NCBI GenBank assembly: GCA_964493645.1
Contig: CAZBPH010000004.1
Coordinates: 1 to 45,372, forward strand
Length of the DNA stretch: 45,372 nt
Origin: an uncultured Heliobacteriaceae bacterium
GTDB lineage: Bacteria; Acidobacteriota; Blastocatellia; RBC074
Direction of reading: 5' to 3'
Made by a program: the position numbers and the translations under genes. The notes beneath the pieces are model-generated. The model made no database searches. It was given only the letters and a program-made list of their open reading frames with translations, and had not been told where the DNA came from. This document shows, in pieces, positions 10,540-33,361 of this stretch. Every line of letters begins with the position of its first letter. Position 1 is the first letter of the stretch.

Positions 10540-11652
10540 ATGCCAAATGAGCCGGAAATAGTTGAATCCGTGGTGCGAGCCTGCAATCTGTTACAGGCCT
10601 TTCAACACCACGATGTGCTGACTTTGAGTCAGCTGGTCGAACGTACTGGATTGAGCAAAACAACCTGCTTCAGGCTGTTGCAAAGCCTTGTCAAGGGCGG
10701 CCTGATCGAGCGTGTTGGACGGGGAGGCTATTGCAGCCATATCGCGCCGCTGACGCGGTCATCCTTCACGCTGGGCTTTGCCTCGCAAACCACTGATTCA
10801 GAATTCTCGCGTGACGTCAGTCAAAGTATTCATCACGTTGCAGCGAGGGACCACATTCAACTCATAGCCGTCGATAATCGCTATAGCCCCAAAACGGCAC
10901 TTCGTAATGCCGATCAGTTGATTCGGGAAGGCGTGGATCTGGTCATGGAGTTCCAGACATACGAGCACGTCGCTCCCGTTATCTCATCCAAATTCATCGC
11001 GGCCAATATTCCGGTGATTGCCATTGAGATCCCTCACCCTGGCGCTTTTTACTTCGGCGCGGATAACTATCAGGCAGGCCTGATAGGAGGGCGGGCACTG
11101 GGGCGCTGGGCGAAGAAGTACTGGCATGGAAAAGTGGATGAAGTCCTGCTGCTTGAACTCCCGATCGCCGGGCCACTTCCACAATTGCGAATTACCGGCA
11201 CTCTTGCAGGTCTGACCCAGATGCTCCCCGGTATCAGGAACAGTAATTTCGTACACCTCGATGGCAACGGCAAGTTCGAAACGAGCCTCGAAGTTGTCAG
11301 ACGACACCTCCGTCACATTAACCCGAAAAGAACCCTGGTTGCCGCGGTCAACGATCCGAGCGCCCTCGGTGCATTGCGGGCTTTCGAGGAGTCTGGCCGC
11401 GCCCATCTCTGCGCCGTTATGGGCCAGAATGCAATTCGTGATGCCAGGGATGAACTCCGACGTCCCGTTACTCCGCTCATCGGCAGCGTAGGCTATTTCC
11501 CGGAGCGCTACGGCGAGGAGCTGATTCCCTACGCGCTCTCAATCCTTCAAAGAAAACCCGTTCCTTCAACCGTTTTTGTCAATCATCAACTCATTACCTC
11601 CAGAAATGTTGAATTGCTGTATCCTTCTCAAATGAATAATCCGGATATGTGA
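10540..11652 (+). CDS. Hybrid transcriptional regulator: IclR-type winged HTH fused to a LacI/RbsB-type periplasmic-binding-protein-fold sugar sensor domain
   Basis: 370 aa. The N-terminus VVRACNLLQAFQHHDVLTLSQLVERTGLSKTTCFRLLQSLVKGGLIERVGRGGY matches the HTH_IclR pattern. The rest (LGFASQT..., IPVIAIEI..., FGADNYQAGLIGGRALG..., VAAVNDPSALGALRAF) is a type-I PBP fold as in LacI/GalR effector domains. Confidence 0.75.
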   Translation: MPNEPEIVESVVRACNLLQAFQHHDVLTLSQLVERTGLSKTTCFRLLQSLVKGGLIERVGRGGYCSHIAPLTRSSFTLGFASQTTDSEFSRDVSQSIHHVAARDHIQLIAVDNRYSPKTALRNADQLIREGVDLVMEFQTYEHVAPVISSKFIAANIPVIAIEIPHPGAFYFGADNYQAGLIGGRALGRWAKKYWHGKVDEVLLLELPIAGPLPQLRITGTLAGLTQMLPGIRNSNFVHLDGNGKFETSLEVVRRHLRHINPKRTLVAAVNDPSALGALRAFEESGRAHLCAVMGQNAIRDARDELRRPVTPLIGSVGYFPERYGEELIPYALSILQRKPVPSTVFVNHQLITSRNVELLYPSQMNNPDM

Positions 11653-12261
11653 CCCGGATTTTCCCAAAACTCACCCCAAATTCTTTCGATTCTTCTCCTC
11701 TCAGATCTTAAATGCCCCGTTTTCAATCAGTTACACCATTGATTGCTTTTATGGGCAGGTTTTGAGGTTCCGGCAAGCGGAATGACAGGCATGGTTAAGT
11801 GAACGCATGTATTGGTCTAACCTGCTGAAAATATTGCATGTTTCAATTCCGCATAGTGGAACCTGATCGATTATATAAAATTATGTTATCAACTAAAATT
11901 TTTACTGATATTATACCGGCATTGGAATCTCATATAGAGAGCTATTAGGAAAGAAGCTTGCTGGGATAAGTTATCAGACACCAAATCAGCGGTTAGTCAA
12001 AACACAATCTGGAATTACCTGGTCCAAAAAGGAGTACGGCTATCCGTCTCTGAAGTGGTGATGCACGCCGAATTCCGCGTGCAAAGTAGGTCACATAATC
12101 ATAGCAAGCAGTCAAGACTGACTGAATCAGCATCTTTGCAAGTGCCATATTAGATCACTCTATTGCAAGGCATTGTTACAGACCTCTGTTGCACTGAGGT
12201 AATCAGGCGGGAGGATGTAGCAAGCGTTTCGACTGATACCAGCTCATAAAGGAGACACAAG

Positions 12262-15609
<3,348 letters not shown>

Positions 15610-15638
15610 GTGTTCGAGGTGTAAACTTGATGAAGCAC

Positions 15639-16896
<1,258 letters not shown>

Positions 16897-16911
16897 GGAA
16901 AAATCCTCACA

Positions 16912-18651
<1,740 letters not shown>

Positions 18652-18715
18652 AGATGAATCGCTTTCACGTTTAGTTTTGCGGAATGACTGTGGTTTCGTG
18701 AAGGGGCTGAATTAA

Positions 18716-22126
<3,411 letters not shown>

Positions 22127-22129
22127 TCA

Positions 22130-25100
22130 ATGTCGTTACTCGATCCGTCAAACATCTCAAAATCTAGAGTCAAAACCATGTGGCAGCGTCCGGTAAAAAT
22201 CCTGCTCGTGCTGGCCGGCGGCGCGATGCTCTCATTATTTTCAGTCTTCGGAGCGGTATCGTCCGGCCCGCAATCGCGAGTGGACTTTCGACGGGAGGTA
22301 GAGCCGATCTTTGCGGCGCACTGTTACAAGTGTCATGGCGGAGGCAAGGCATCGGGGCAGCTGAAACTCGATTCCCGTGTGACGGCTTTGAGGGGCGGGA
22401 TTTCGGGGGCGGTCATTGTGCCGGGATCATCCGCCAGGTCGAGACTGATGCATCGCTTGCGTGGAGAGGGCGGCGAGCAGCGAATGCCGCTGGGCGGAAC
22501 TTCACTGACGCCGCAGCAAATCGATCTCATCAGTCGCTGGATCGATGAAGGCGCTGCGTGGCCAGAGGGTGACGTAGAAAAAGATATCCCGCGACACTGG
22601 GCATTCGTCGAGCCGGCACGTCCAAATTTACCGGCAGTCAAAAACAATGCCTGGCCGGTCAACGCAATCGACAGTTTCGTTCTATCGAGGATCGAAAAAA
22701 GCGGACTCGTACCATCACCTGAAGCTGAAAAGACGACTCTGCTGCGTCGGTTGAGCCTCGATCTGACTGGCTTGCCTCCATCATTGAAAGAGATCGACGA
22801 TTTTCTGGCGGATAATTCAGCAGGCGCGTGGGAGAAGCAGATCGATCGTCTGCTCAGCAGCCCGCATTACGGCGAACGATGGGGGCGCTGGTGGCTCGAT
22901 GCCGCGCGATATGCCGACACGAACGGTTTCGAGAAAGATCTGCCGCGCTCGATCTGGCCGTACCGGGACTGGGTGATCAAAGCCTTCAATCAGGACATGC
23001 CGTTCGATCGGTTCACCATCGAGCAATTGGCAGGTGACCTGTTGCCGAATCCGACTCTGGATCAACTTGTCGCAACGGGATTTCTTCGCAACTCGATGCT
23101 CAATCAGGAAGGCGGCGTTGATCCTGAGCAGTTCCGCGTTGAAGGGCTGATCGATCGGGTTGATGCTCTCGGAAACGCATTTCTGGGTCTGACAATCAAA
23201 TGCGCTCAATGCCATAACCACAAATTCGATCCGATCAAGCAGACAGAATATTACCAGTTCTACGCCTTCCTCAATTCCGATGACGAGCCGGAAATAGAAG
23301 TTCCGGATGAAAAGATCGTCAGCAAACGAGAAGAGATCGAGGCTGCCGTCGCCAAACTCGAGGACGAACTGATCGCCAACACACCAGACCTGAAACAGCG
23401 TCTGGCTATCTGGGAGCAGCAGATGGCTTATGATGAAAGCCAGTGGACGCCGCTCACTGACACTGAAATTCATGCGATCTTCGGCGTCAAATTCGAGCGG
23501 TTGCCAGATGGCTCGTTTCTCGCCAGGGGCGATAATGCGACAGCGAACAATTATCAGATCAAGGCGCGAACGAAACTCAAAAATATCACTGGCTTTCGGA
23601 TCGAATATCTGACCAGTCCGAATCTGCCGCGCACCGGGCCGGGACGCGATTTTGACGGCAAATTTTTTGTAACTGAATTCATCGTTGATGCCTCGCCGGT
23701 CGGCGCTCCTGATCAGATCACCAGAGTTGACCTGCAAAATCCGACCACCGATTACGAACGGCCGGATTTTCCTGTCGCGAATGTCATCGACGGCAATCAG
23801 AAAACTCACTGGTCAAGCGATGCCGGGCCGGGACGGCGAAACCAGGATCGCAAAATGGCATTCGTCACGGCCCGCCCGGTCGGTTACGAAGGCGGCACGG
23901 AGTTTTCGTTCCAGCTCATGCAGAAATCGAGTGAGCAGATCAGAACACCGCAGCCCAACATCGGGAGATTTCGGATATCCGTCACGACGGCTGATAAACC
24001 ATCTGCGGATCCGCTGCCGGCCGCTGTGCGCCGTATCCTTGCGATACCCGCCGCGCAGAGAACCGATGCGCAGCGGCGCGAAGTCTTCGGTTTTTATCGA
24101 ACGACGGTTAAAGAGTGGGCCGAGACAAACAACAAGATTGAAGATCTGCTCAGTGAGTGGCCTTATGGCGTGACGACGCTGGCGCTTATGCCCAGACAGT
24201 GGCCGCGGGAGACGAAAGTCTTCAGGCGCGGTGACTGGAAGCGCCCCGGCGAGGCCGTAACCGCGGACACGCCATCATTCCTGCCTCCGTTACCGGCAAA
24301 CGCTCCGCGTAATCGCCTCGGACTGGCTCGTTGGATAATCGATAAGAAAAACCCGCTTACCGCGCGTGTCATCGTCAATCGAATCTGGCAGCAGTATTTC
24401 GGGGAAGGGCTTGTTTCAACCCCCGAGGATTTCGGGTTGCGGTGCGATCCGCCTTCGAATGCCGGATTGCTCGACTGGCTGGCGGTCGAATTCATGGAAA
24501 GCGGCTGGAGCATCAAGCACATGCACAGGTTGATTGCGCGATCGGCAGTCTACAGGCAATCATCGCGGGTCACATCGGAGATGCTCGAAAAAGATCCGAC
24601 AAACAGTCTGCTGGCTCGCGCCCCACGCCTGCGTGTCGAAGCCGAGACAGTTCGCGACATTGCCCTGACCGCCAGCGGGTTGCTGAGCCGCAAGATCGGC
24701 GGCCCAAGCGTTTATCCGCCAATTCCCGACGGCGTGCTCAGTCTTGGATACGGCAGCGCAATGCCGTGGCCCACCGCTACGGGCGAGGATCGTTATCGAC
24801 GCGGGATGTACACATTCTGGAAACGCAATGTGCCGTATCCTTCGCTGCTGGTTTTTGACCAGCCGATTGGAGACTTCTCCTGCACACGAAGACTTCGATC
24901 GAATACGCCTTTGCAGGCGCTGACGACGCTTAATGATCAGACCTTCGTTGAATTCGCTCAGGGACTGGCCCTGCGCGTGTGGAAAGAGGGCGGGGCAACC
25001 GATCAGGAAAAAATGATCTATGCATTTCGTCTATGTGTCGGTCGTACACCAGACGCCATTGAATTGCAGAAACTGCTGGAACTGTTGAACGATCAGAAAC

Positions 25101-25252
25101 CTTTGTTTGAAGGCAACACAGCGAAATCCGTCTATGTTTCGAGCTCTGACCTGACAAGGCTTCCAGAAGGTGTCGATTTGCACAGGATCGCTCCCTGGGC
25201 CATGGTCGCACGCGTTCTGCTTAACATGGATGAAACGATGACAAAAGAGTGA
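22130..25252 (+). CDS. PSCyt1 / PSCyt2 (DUF1549) / PSD1 (DUF1553) multidomain protein with two CxxCH motifs
   Basis: 1040 aa. It starts 3 nt after the upstream stop, and an alternative start is the ATG at 22178. CYKCHGG marks PSCyt1. [25 protein letters not shown] and [11 protein letters not shown] mark DUF1549. A central discoidin-like segment is present ([14 protein letters not shown]). [29 protein letters not shown] marks DUF1553. Confidence 0.9.
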   Translation: MSLLDPSNISKSRVKTMWQRPVKILLVLAGGAMLSLFSVFGAVSSGPQSRVDFRREVEPIFAAHCYKCHGGGKASGQLKLDSRVTALRGGISGAVIVPGSSARSRLMHRLRGEGGEQRMPLGGTSLTPQQIDLISRWIDEGAAWPEGDVEKDIPRHWAFVEPARPNLPAVKNNAWPVNAIDSFVLSRIEKSGLVPSPEAEKTTLLRRLSLDLTGLPPSLKEIDDFLADNSAGAWEKQIDRLLSSPHYGERWGRWWLDAARYADTNGFEKDLPRSIWPYRDWVIKAFNQDMPFDRFTIEQLAGDLLPNPTLDQLVATGFLRNSMLNQEGGVDPEQFRVEGLIDRVDALGNAFLGLTIKCAQCHNHKFDPIKQTEYYQFYAFLNSDDEPEIEVPDEKIVSKREEIEAAVAKLEDELIANTPDLKQRLAIWEQQMAYDESQWTPLTDTEIHAIFGVKFERLPDGSFLARGDNATANNYQIKARTKLKNITGFRIEYLTSPNLPRTGPGRDFDGKFFVTEFIVDASPVGAPDQITRVDLQNPTTDYERPDFPVANVIDGNQKTHWSSDAGPGRRNQDRKMAFVTARPVGYEGGTEFSFQLMQKSSEQIRTPQPNIGRFRISVTTADKPSADPLPAAVRRILAIPAAQRTDAQRREVFGFYRTTVKEWAETNNKIEDLLSEWPYGVTTLALMPRQWPRETKVFRRGDWKRPGEAVTADTPSFLPPLPANAPRNRLGLARWIIDKKNPLTARVIVNRIWQQYFGEGLVSTPEDFGLRCDPPSNAGLLDWLAVEFMESGWSIKHMHRLIARSAVYRQSSRVTSEMLEKDPTNSLLARAPRLRVEAETVRDIALTASGLLSRKIGGPSVYPPIPDGVLSLGYGSAMPWPTATGEDRYRRGMYTFWKRNVPYPSLLVFDQPIGDFSCTRRLRSNTPLQALTTLNDQTFVEFAQGLALRVWKEGGATDQEKMIYAFRLCVGRTPDAIELQKLLELLNDQKPLFEGNTAKSVYVSSSDLTRLPEGVDLHRIAPWAMVARVLLNMDETMTKE

Positions 25253-25268
25253 GCAGGGAGAGTGAGCT

Positions 25269-26714
25269 ATGAATCACGGCGATGAGATTGAACAGGAATT
25301 GAAGAAGCATAATTCCAGGCGCTGGTTTTTCCGTGAATGCGGAGTCGGCCTTGGATCGATGGCGCTTCTTTCACTGCTCAAAGATGATTCAGCGGCACAG
25401 ACTGCCGCCGGTAAAAATCCGCTGGCGCCAAGGCAACCGCATTTCAAGCCCCGGGCGAAAAGGGTCATCTATCTGTTTCATTCCGGCGGACCTTCACAAC
25501 TGGACCTCTTCGATTACAAGCCGAGTCTGGTGAAATACAACGGTAAACCGGTGCCAACGGAGTTCACAAAGGGTATTGATTACGCCTTTATCCGGCCTGA
25601 TGCCGGTTTGTACGCCTCCGAGTTCAAATTCGCGAGACATGGGCAATCCGGCGCTGAGTTGTCTGAGGCATGGACGCATCTGCCGAAAGTCGCCGATCAG
25701 ATCACGATCATCCGTTCGATGATGACAGATGCCATCAACCACGCCCCCGGACAGGTTTTGATGCAGACCGGTTCGATTCAATTCGGACGTCCGAGTTTTG
25801 GCGCCTGGGTGACATATGGACTGGGCAGTGAAAGTCAGGATCTGCCGGCCTTTGTCGTGCTCTCTTCCGGCGGCGGCACGAGCGGCGGAGCGGCCAACTG
25901 GGGCGCAGGCTTTTTGCCGACGCTTTATCAGGGAGTCCCATTTCAACGCACTGGCCCGCCGATCCTTTCGCTATCGAATCCTCGAGGCGTGACGCGTGAA
26001 ATGCAGCGACGTTCTCTTGATACTCTCAGAGAATTGAATGAGCATCACCTGCGAGTGACAGGCGATCCGGAAACAGCGACCCGGATCAATGCTTTTGAGA
26101 TGGCTTTCAGGATGCAGGACAGCGGGCCGGAACTGATGGATTTATCGAAAGAGTCGAAGGCGACGCTCGAAATGTATGGCGTCGAACCGGGCAAAGCATC
26201 ATATGCGACAAATTGCCTGCTCGCGCGGCGACTGCTTGAACGCGGAGTCCGCTTTGTACAGCTCAATCATGAGGCCTGGGACCATCATTCTGAGGTCGCA
26301 AAAGGCGTCCGTTCACAGATGCGCCAGACCGATCAGGCGACGACCGCGCTGATTCTGGATCTCAAACAGCGCGGATTACTGGATGACACTATCGTCATCT
26401 GGGGCGGTGAATTCGGCCGTACTCCGATGGTCGAATCCGACCCGGATGCCAATCGCAGTCTCGGTCGCGATCACCATAACAAGGCATTTTCGATCTTCGT
26501 CGCCGGGGGCGGATTCAAGCCCGGCACGACACTTGGTCAAACAGATGAATTCGGTTTTAATGTCGCAGAAGATCCGGTTCACGTGCACGACCTGCACGCT
26601 ACATTACTTCAATTGCTTGGCTTTGATCATACAAAACTGACATATCGCTACCAGGGCCGGGACTTTCGCCTGACCGATGTCCATGGTCTTGTGATAGACA
26701 AATTGCTCGCGTAA
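25269..26714 (+). CDS. DUF1501 protein (sulfatase/alkaline-phosphatase-like fold) with a twin-arginine signal
   Basis: 481 aa. [22 protein letters not shown] is a Tat signal. WGGEFGRTP and GRDHH motifs are typical of DUF1501. It is the canonical partner of the DUF1553 gene upstream. Confidence 0.9.
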   Translation: MNHGDEIEQELKKHNSRRWFFRECGVGLGSMALLSLLKDDSAAQTAAGKNPLAPRQPHFKPRAKRVIYLFHSGGPSQLDLFDYKPSLVKYNGKPVPTEFTKGIDYAFIRPDAGLYASEFKFARHGQSGAELSEAWTHLPKVADQITIIRSMMTDAINHAPGQVLMQTGSIQFGRPSFGAWVTYGLGSESQDLPAFVVLSSGGGTSGGAANWGAGFLPTLYQGVPFQRTGPPILSLSNPRGVTREMQRRSLDTLRELNEHHLRVTGDPETATRINAFEMAFRMQDSGPELMDLSKESKATLEMYGVEPGKASYATNCLLARRLLERGVRFVQLNHEAWDHHSEVAKGVRSQMRQTDQATTALILDLKQRGLLDDTIVIWGGEFGRTPMVESDPDANRSLGRDHHNKAFSIFVAGGGFKPGTTLGQTDEFGFNVAEDPVHVHDLHATLLQLLGFDHTKLTYRYQGRDFRLTDVHGLVIDKLLA

Positions 26715-26733
26715 TCAGAAGGGAGTCTGACAG

Positions 26734-28338
<1,605 letters not shown>

Positions 28339-28381
28339 AAAGATGAACCCGTTCATAATCAACTCTCAAGGAGTTTCCGCC

Positions 28382-30040
28382 ATGAAAAGACTTGCTCTTG
28401 CTGTTGCGATTGTCATCCTTTTCACCTGTGTTGGCGCTGTGCGCGCACAAGGTCAGGACTGGATGACGAGCAATGGAGATGCTCAACGTTCCGCCTGGGT
28501 CAGGTCGGATGCGAAAATTTCAAAAGAGACTGTAAAAAGTCCCGAATTCCAGTTTTTATGGAAGCTCAAACTCAAAAACGAGCCACGTCAGTTGAATTCG
28601 CTCATGCCGCCGTCAACCCTCGAGCGCCTGATCGGTTATCGCGGGTTCAGAATGCTCGGGTTCGTTGCAGGCAGCTCGGACAATATCTTCACGATAGATA
28701 CCGATCTCGGCCGAATGGAGTGGGAGAAACATTTCGGCTCGACGGCGCCGGTGAGAACGGGGACAGTGGCATGTCCCGGAGGCATGACCAACGGGGTTGC
28801 CCGACCGACGATCGGGACGATTCCGGCGCTGGCTGCATCGGGTAGAGGCCGAAGCAATCCGGCGAAAAGCGCCGTTGGGAAACCCGGAGAAGGCGCGGTC
28901 ACGCTGGCGATGGTTCCGCCTCCAAGGCCAGCTGCTCCGGCGCCAAGTACACCACCACCTGTTCCGGCGCGCCCGAATCCGGCCAGCCCGCCGGGCGGAC
29001 AGTTCGGCCGGGGCCCCTTCCTCGTTTATGCTCTATCGAGTGACGGAATGCTTCGTTCGATGCATCTGTCTAATGGCGCAGATTACGAACCGCCGGTCAA
29101 ATTCATCCCGCCAAATGCCAACTCTAACGGACTGATTGTCATCGACAACGTCGCATACGTGGTGACTGTGGGAAATTGCGGTGGTGCTGCAAATGGTCTC
29201 TGGGCGCTGGACCTCACCTCCAAACAAGTTACGACCTGGAAAGGCAATGTTTCGGGATCTTCCGGCCCGGCATTCGATGGGAATGGGACACTCTTCGTCA
29301 CCACAGGCAATGGAGGGGAATTGCCGAATTCCCTGGTCGCCATGGATCAGAAATCCCTGACGGTGAAGAGCTGGTATACGGTCGGAGACAGACAGTTCTC
29401 TTCGACCCCTGTCGTCTTTACTTACAAGGGGAAAATTCTTATCGCAGCCGCCACCGATGATGGTCGCATACATCTTCTTGACGGCCAGAATCCCGGGGGC
29501 TCCGATCATAAGACTGCTCTTTTCGTTACTTCCAGATCAGTGAAGTCGGGTGATTTCATTCCTGGCGCGCTGACCAGCTGGCAGGATGCAGGCGGGACCC
29601 GGTGGATACTATCGTCAACCACGGGGAATCAGGCTGTCGATGCGGGCTTTACGGATTCCAACGGCAAAATCACAAACGGCTCGGTCGTCGCCTGGAAGGT
29701 TGTCGATCAGAATGGCTCGCCTGAGTTGATCACAGCCTGGGCATCGCGCGACCTGATTTCACCGCTCACGCCCACCGTCATCAACGGGGTCGCGTTTGTC
29801 GTTTCGAGCGGCGAGTATCGGACGACTGATACCCGAATGACGGCGACAGAACGCGCACGACGCTCGAAGCCGGCCGTCATTTATGCACTCGATGCCACAA
29901 CCGGCAGAGAGTTGTGGAACAGCGGTTCTGCCATCACCTCCTTTGCGCATGGAGGCGCCATTTCCGGAGGAATGGGCCAAATCTATCTGGGAACTCACGA
30001 TGGTACATTTTACGCCTTCGGAATCCCTATGGAGCATTGA
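28382..30040 (+). CDS. Secreted PQQ-like beta-propeller repeat protein (paralogue 2, with a Pro/Ala-rich insertion)
   Basis: The track ORF starts at 28343. I prefer the ATG at 28382, with AAGGAG upstream and the signal peptide [23 protein letters not shown]. It is collinear with the upstream paralogue ([14 protein letters not shown]..., ACPGGMT vs [22 protein letters not shown]...YAFGI). It carries an extra [28 protein letters not shown] segment. Confidence 0.75.
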   Translation: MKRLALAVAIVILFTCVGAVRAQGQDWMTSNGDAQRSAWVRSDAKISKETVKSPEFQFLWKLKLKNEPRQLNSLMPPSTLERLIGYRGFRMLGFVAGSSDNIFTIDTDLGRMEWEKHFGSTAPVRTGTVACPGGMTNGVARPTIGTIPALAASGRGRSNPAKSAVGKPGEGAVTLAMVPPPRPAAPAPSTPPPVPARPNPASPPGGQFGRGPFLVYALSSDGMLRSMHLSNGADYEPPVKFIPPNANSNGLIVIDNVAYVVTVGNCGGAANGLWALDLTSKQVTTWKGNVSGSSGPAFDGNGTLFVTTGNGGELPNSLVAMDQKSLTVKSWYTVGDRQFSSTPVVFTYKGKILIAAATDDGRIHLLDGQNPGGSDHKTALFVTSRSVKSGDFIPGALTSWQDAGGTRWILSSTTGNQAVDAGFTDSNGKITNGSVVAWKVVDQNGSPELITAWASRDLISPLTPTVINGVAFVVSSGEYRTTDTRMTATERARRSKPAVIYALDATTGRELWNSGSAITSFAHGGAISGGMGQIYLGTHDGTFYAFGIPMEH

Positions 30041-30053
30041 TCTTCAACCTCCG

Positions 30054-30085
30054 AGGGACCGCCGAGCATCAGCCTGGCGGTCCCT
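30054..30085 (+). other. Stable intercistronic stem-loop (10-bp perfect stem)
   Basis: AGGGACCGCC (30054-30063) pairs with GGCGGTCCCT (30076-30085) around a 12-nt loop. It sits 14 nt after the propeller gene stop. No T-run follows, so I do not call it a canonical terminator. Confidence 0.4.
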
Positions 30086-30102
30086 GGTGTGTGGATTGAG
30101 TT

Positions 30103-30635
<533 letters not shown>

Positions 30636-30639
<4 letters not shown>

Positions 30640-31394
30640 AAACAACAACTGTCAAAATAGTTTTAGGTCTGATTACAGTTGCGACACTTGTTACGGCGCA
30701 TACGCCGCAGGAATGCGCTTCGACGATCGCCGAATTGGAGCAACGCATCGATGCTCAGCGCCATATGCTCATGGACTGGGCGGGTTTAATTCGTTACGGT
30801 AGCGAAAACACAGAACTTCCGCGTCCAGCCCCCGGCGAAGACCGAGTGGTTTTCCTCGGTGACGAGATCACAGAATATTGGGGACGCGGCGGGGCGAAGT
30901 TTTTTTCCGGGAAACCCTATTTGAATCGCGGCATTAAGGGACAAACCACTCCGCAGATGCTGGTCCGGTTTCGGCAGGATGTCATCGCGCTCAAGCCAAA
31001 AGTCGTCGTGATTCAGGCCGGGACAAACGACGTGGCAAGCCTGAACGAACCGATAACCCAGGCCATGACGGCTGAAAATATCATGTCCATGGTTGAGCTT
31101 GCCAAAGTCAACGGCATCAAAGTGGTCCTGGCATCAGTGACTCCTGTCTGTGACTGCTATACAAAACAAACGCGATTACGACCGCAGGGTAAAATCATCG
31201 GCATCAACGGTTGGCTTAGAGACTATGCGGCGCAAAGCGGCTCGGTCTATCTCAATTACTATTCGGCCCTCGCTCAGGGCCGTAACTTGAAGAAAGAGCT
31301 GACTGATGACGGTTGGCTCCCAAATGACGCAGGTTACGCTGTCATGGCTCCTCTCGCTGAACAGGCAATCGCTCAGACTCTAAACAGTAAATGA
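30636..31394 (+). CDS. Secreted SGNH/GDSL-fold protein lacking the catalytic Ser and His (probable pseudo-esterase)
   Basis: 252 aa. The ATG overlaps the upstream TGA (ATGA at 30636-30639), and a signal peptide is present. Block I reads [12 protein letters not shown] (GDE instead of GDS). Block II is NRGIKGQTT and block III is IQAGTNDV. Block V reads [11 protein letters not shown] (L where DGxHPN has His). Confidence 0.75.
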
Positions 31395-31429
31395 CCTTTC
31401 AGACGTTGTGTACAAACAGAGATTAATTT

Positions 31430-32572
31430 ATGGCCAAAAAACAACTGAATATAGGAATCATCGGCTATGGTTTCATGGGGCGAACTCACTCGAATGCGTT
31501 CCTGCAGGCGGGCCGGTTTTTTGATCTGCCATACCAGCCCGTTTTAAAAGCTGTCTGCGCCCGAAATGTCGAGAGGGCTGGCGCCTTCGCCAGCAATTGG
31601 GGGTACGAGTCAATCGAAACTGATTGGCGCAAATTGATCGATCACAAGGACATCGATCTGATAGATATCGCCAGTCCAAACGACACTCACGCTGAAATCG
31701 CCATCGCCGCCGCCCAGGCTGGAAAGATGGTCATGTGCGAAAAACCACTTGGCCGGAATGCCGCCGAATCAAGTGAGATGGTCAAGGCAGTCGAGTCTGC
31801 CAAAGTGGCAAATATGGTCTGGTACAACTATCGCCGCGTCCCGGCGGTCGTGCTCCTCAAAAAATTGATTGATGAAGGCCGTTTCGGGCGTATTTTCCAC
31901 TATCGAACGAAGTTTTTGCAGGATTGGACGATCTCACAGGACCTGCCGCAGGGTGGCGAAGGGCTGTGGCGTCTCGATGTCTCTGTCGCCGGCAGCGGAG
32001 TGACGGGCGACCTGCTGGCCCATAACATCGATACTGCGATGTGGCTCAACGGACCGATCAGGGAAGTGGCGGCGATGACTGAGACTTTCATCAAGGAGCG
32101 CAAACACAATTTGACTGGAGAGGTAGCCCCCGTCGGGATCGATGACGCCAGTGCGTTCCTCTGCAGATTCGACAACGGATCGCTGGCGACGTTCGAGGCG
32201 ACTAGATATGCTCGTGGCCACAAAGCGCTTTACACACTGGAAATCAACGGTGAGCATGCTTCCGCATTCTGGGATCTGCACGATCTGCATCGCATACAGT
32301 ATTTTGATCACAGGGACGAAGGTCAGTTGCGAGGGTGGCGCGACATTCACGTCACTGACGGAGACCATCCTTACATGGATCACTGGTGGGTGCCCGGTTT
32401 GCAGATCGGCTATGAGCACACCTTTATTCATCAGTTCGCGGATTTTGCAGTAGCAATCGACGCAGGCAAGGAGGCCGCTCCAACCTTCAGGGACGGTCTG
32501 GCCACCGATTATGTTACAGATGCCGTGTTGAAATCTGCCAAAACACGCCAGTGGGAAAATGTGATTATATAA
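31430..32572 (+). CDS. Gfo/Idh/MocA-family NAD(P)-dependent oxidoreductase (cytoplasmic)
   Basis: 380 aa. The Rossmann N-terminus is [17 protein letters not shown], the EKP motif is VMCEKPLG, and a C-terminal alpha/beta domain follows. There is no signal peptide. Confidence 0.9.
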   Translation: MAKKQLNIGIIGYGFMGRTHSNAFLQAGRFFDLPYQPVLKAVCARNVERAGAFASNWGYESIETDWRKLIDHKDIDLIDIASPNDTHAEIAIAAAQAGKMVMCEKPLGRNAAESSEMVKAVESAKVANMVWYNYRRVPAVVLLKKLIDEGRFGRIFHYRTKFLQDWTISQDLPQGGEGLWRLDVSVAGSGVTGDLLAHNIDTAMWLNGPIREVAAMTETFIKERKHNLTGEVAPVGIDDASAFLCRFDNGSLATFEATRYARGHKALYTLEINGEHASAFWDLHDLHRIQYFDHRDEGQLRGWRDIHVTDGDHPYMDHWWVPGLQIGYEHTFIHQFADFAVAIDAGKEAAPTFRDGLATDYVTDAVLKSAKTRQWENVII

Positions 32573-32583
32573 AGGACGGATTA

Positions 32584-33342
32584 ATGATGAAGATTATCTT
32601 GACTGTATGGATGCTGGCCTTTGCCGTTATCGGACTATTTCTCCGGGCGCCCGTTGGTCAGGGCGGCCAGCAGCGTCCGGGTCGCGGTCCTGGCATCGAC
32701 GCATTGGAGATCGGCGATCACACAGGGTTTGAATCGATTTTCGATGGTCAGTCGCTCAAAGGGTGGGATGGCGATCCTGCATTCTGGCGCGCTGAAGCCG
32801 GCTCGATCATCGGCGAAAGCACTGCGGATAAGCCGCTCAAGATGAACACTTTTATCATCTGGCGCGGCGGTCAGCCAAAGGACTTCGAATTGAAACTAGA
32901 ATACCGCATGAACTCAACTAACAGCGGCGTTCAATACCGCAGCGTCGAACTTCCTGATGTCGGAAAATGGGTTTTGAAGGGCTACCAGGCGGATATCGAT
33001 TTCATGAACCAGTATACAGGTCAGCTTTATGAGGAACGCGGGCGAGGCTTCCTGGCCATGCGCGGCCAGATGACCCAATTGCAAACAGGCAAAAAGAAGG
33101 TCATCGCTGATTTGCGGAGCAGTGATGATCTGAAAGCGCTGATTAAAAGCAATGACTGGAACCAGGTTCACATCATCGCGCGCGGAAATGTGCTGACACA
33201 TATTTTCAACGGCCACCTCATGGCTCAAACGGTCGATGATGATGTGGCGAATCGCGCCATTGGTGGTTTAATCGGCTTTCAGATGCATGTCGGACCTCCG
33301 ATGAAACTGGAGGTTCGTAACATCCGGCTCAAGAACCTGTAG
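32584..33342 (+). CDS. Secreted DUF1080 (3-keto-disaccharide hydrolase-like, concanavalin/LamG-fold) protein
   Basis: The track ORF starts at a GTG at 32551, inside the upstream gene. I prefer the ATG at 32584 after AAAGGACGGA. A signal or anchor is present ([19 protein letters not shown]). [27 protein letters not shown]...[31 protein letters not shown] is the DUF1080 pattern. Confidence 0.85.
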   Translation: MMKIILTVWMLAFAVIGLFLRAPVGQGGQQRPGRGPGIDALEIGDHTGFESIFDGQSLKGWDGDPAFWRAEAGSIIGESTADKPLKMNTFIIWRGGQPKDFELKLEYRMNSTNSGVQYRSVELPDVGKWVLKGYQADIDFMNQYTGQLYEERGRGFLAMRGQMTQLQTGKKKVIADLRSSDDLKALIKSNDWNQVHIIARGNVLTHIFNGHLMAQTVDDDVANRAIGGLIGFQMHVGPPMKLEVRNIRLKNL

Positions 33343-33361
33343 CTCCATTAGCTCCGCAGTT

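Noticed and set aside
11638-11662. A hairpin at the end of the regulator gene (AATCCGG, 9-nt loop, CCGGATT) as a terminator.
   Set aside because: It has only a 7-bp stem, the stop codon sits in the loop, and only two T residues follow. That is too weak to call.
11980-12110. A cobalamin or other riboswitch in the long leader of the TonB-dependent receptor gene.
   Set aside because: I could not find a B12-box-like element or any other riboswitch core motif by eye. The receptor is of the CarboxypepD_reg glycan type rather than BtuB-like. Only a covariance-model search could settle this.
12131-12150. A sigma-54-like element: the minus strand reads TGGCAC immediately followed by TTGCA.
   Set aside because: The GG and GC elements lack the required spacing (the consensus is TGGCAC-N5-TTGCW). 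The element also points away from the receptor gene.
22817-23809. A 330-aa minus-strand ORF inside the PSCyt/DUF1553 gene.
   Set aside because: It is antisense to a well-supported CDS, has no recognisable domain pattern, and is compositionally the mirror of the sense frame.
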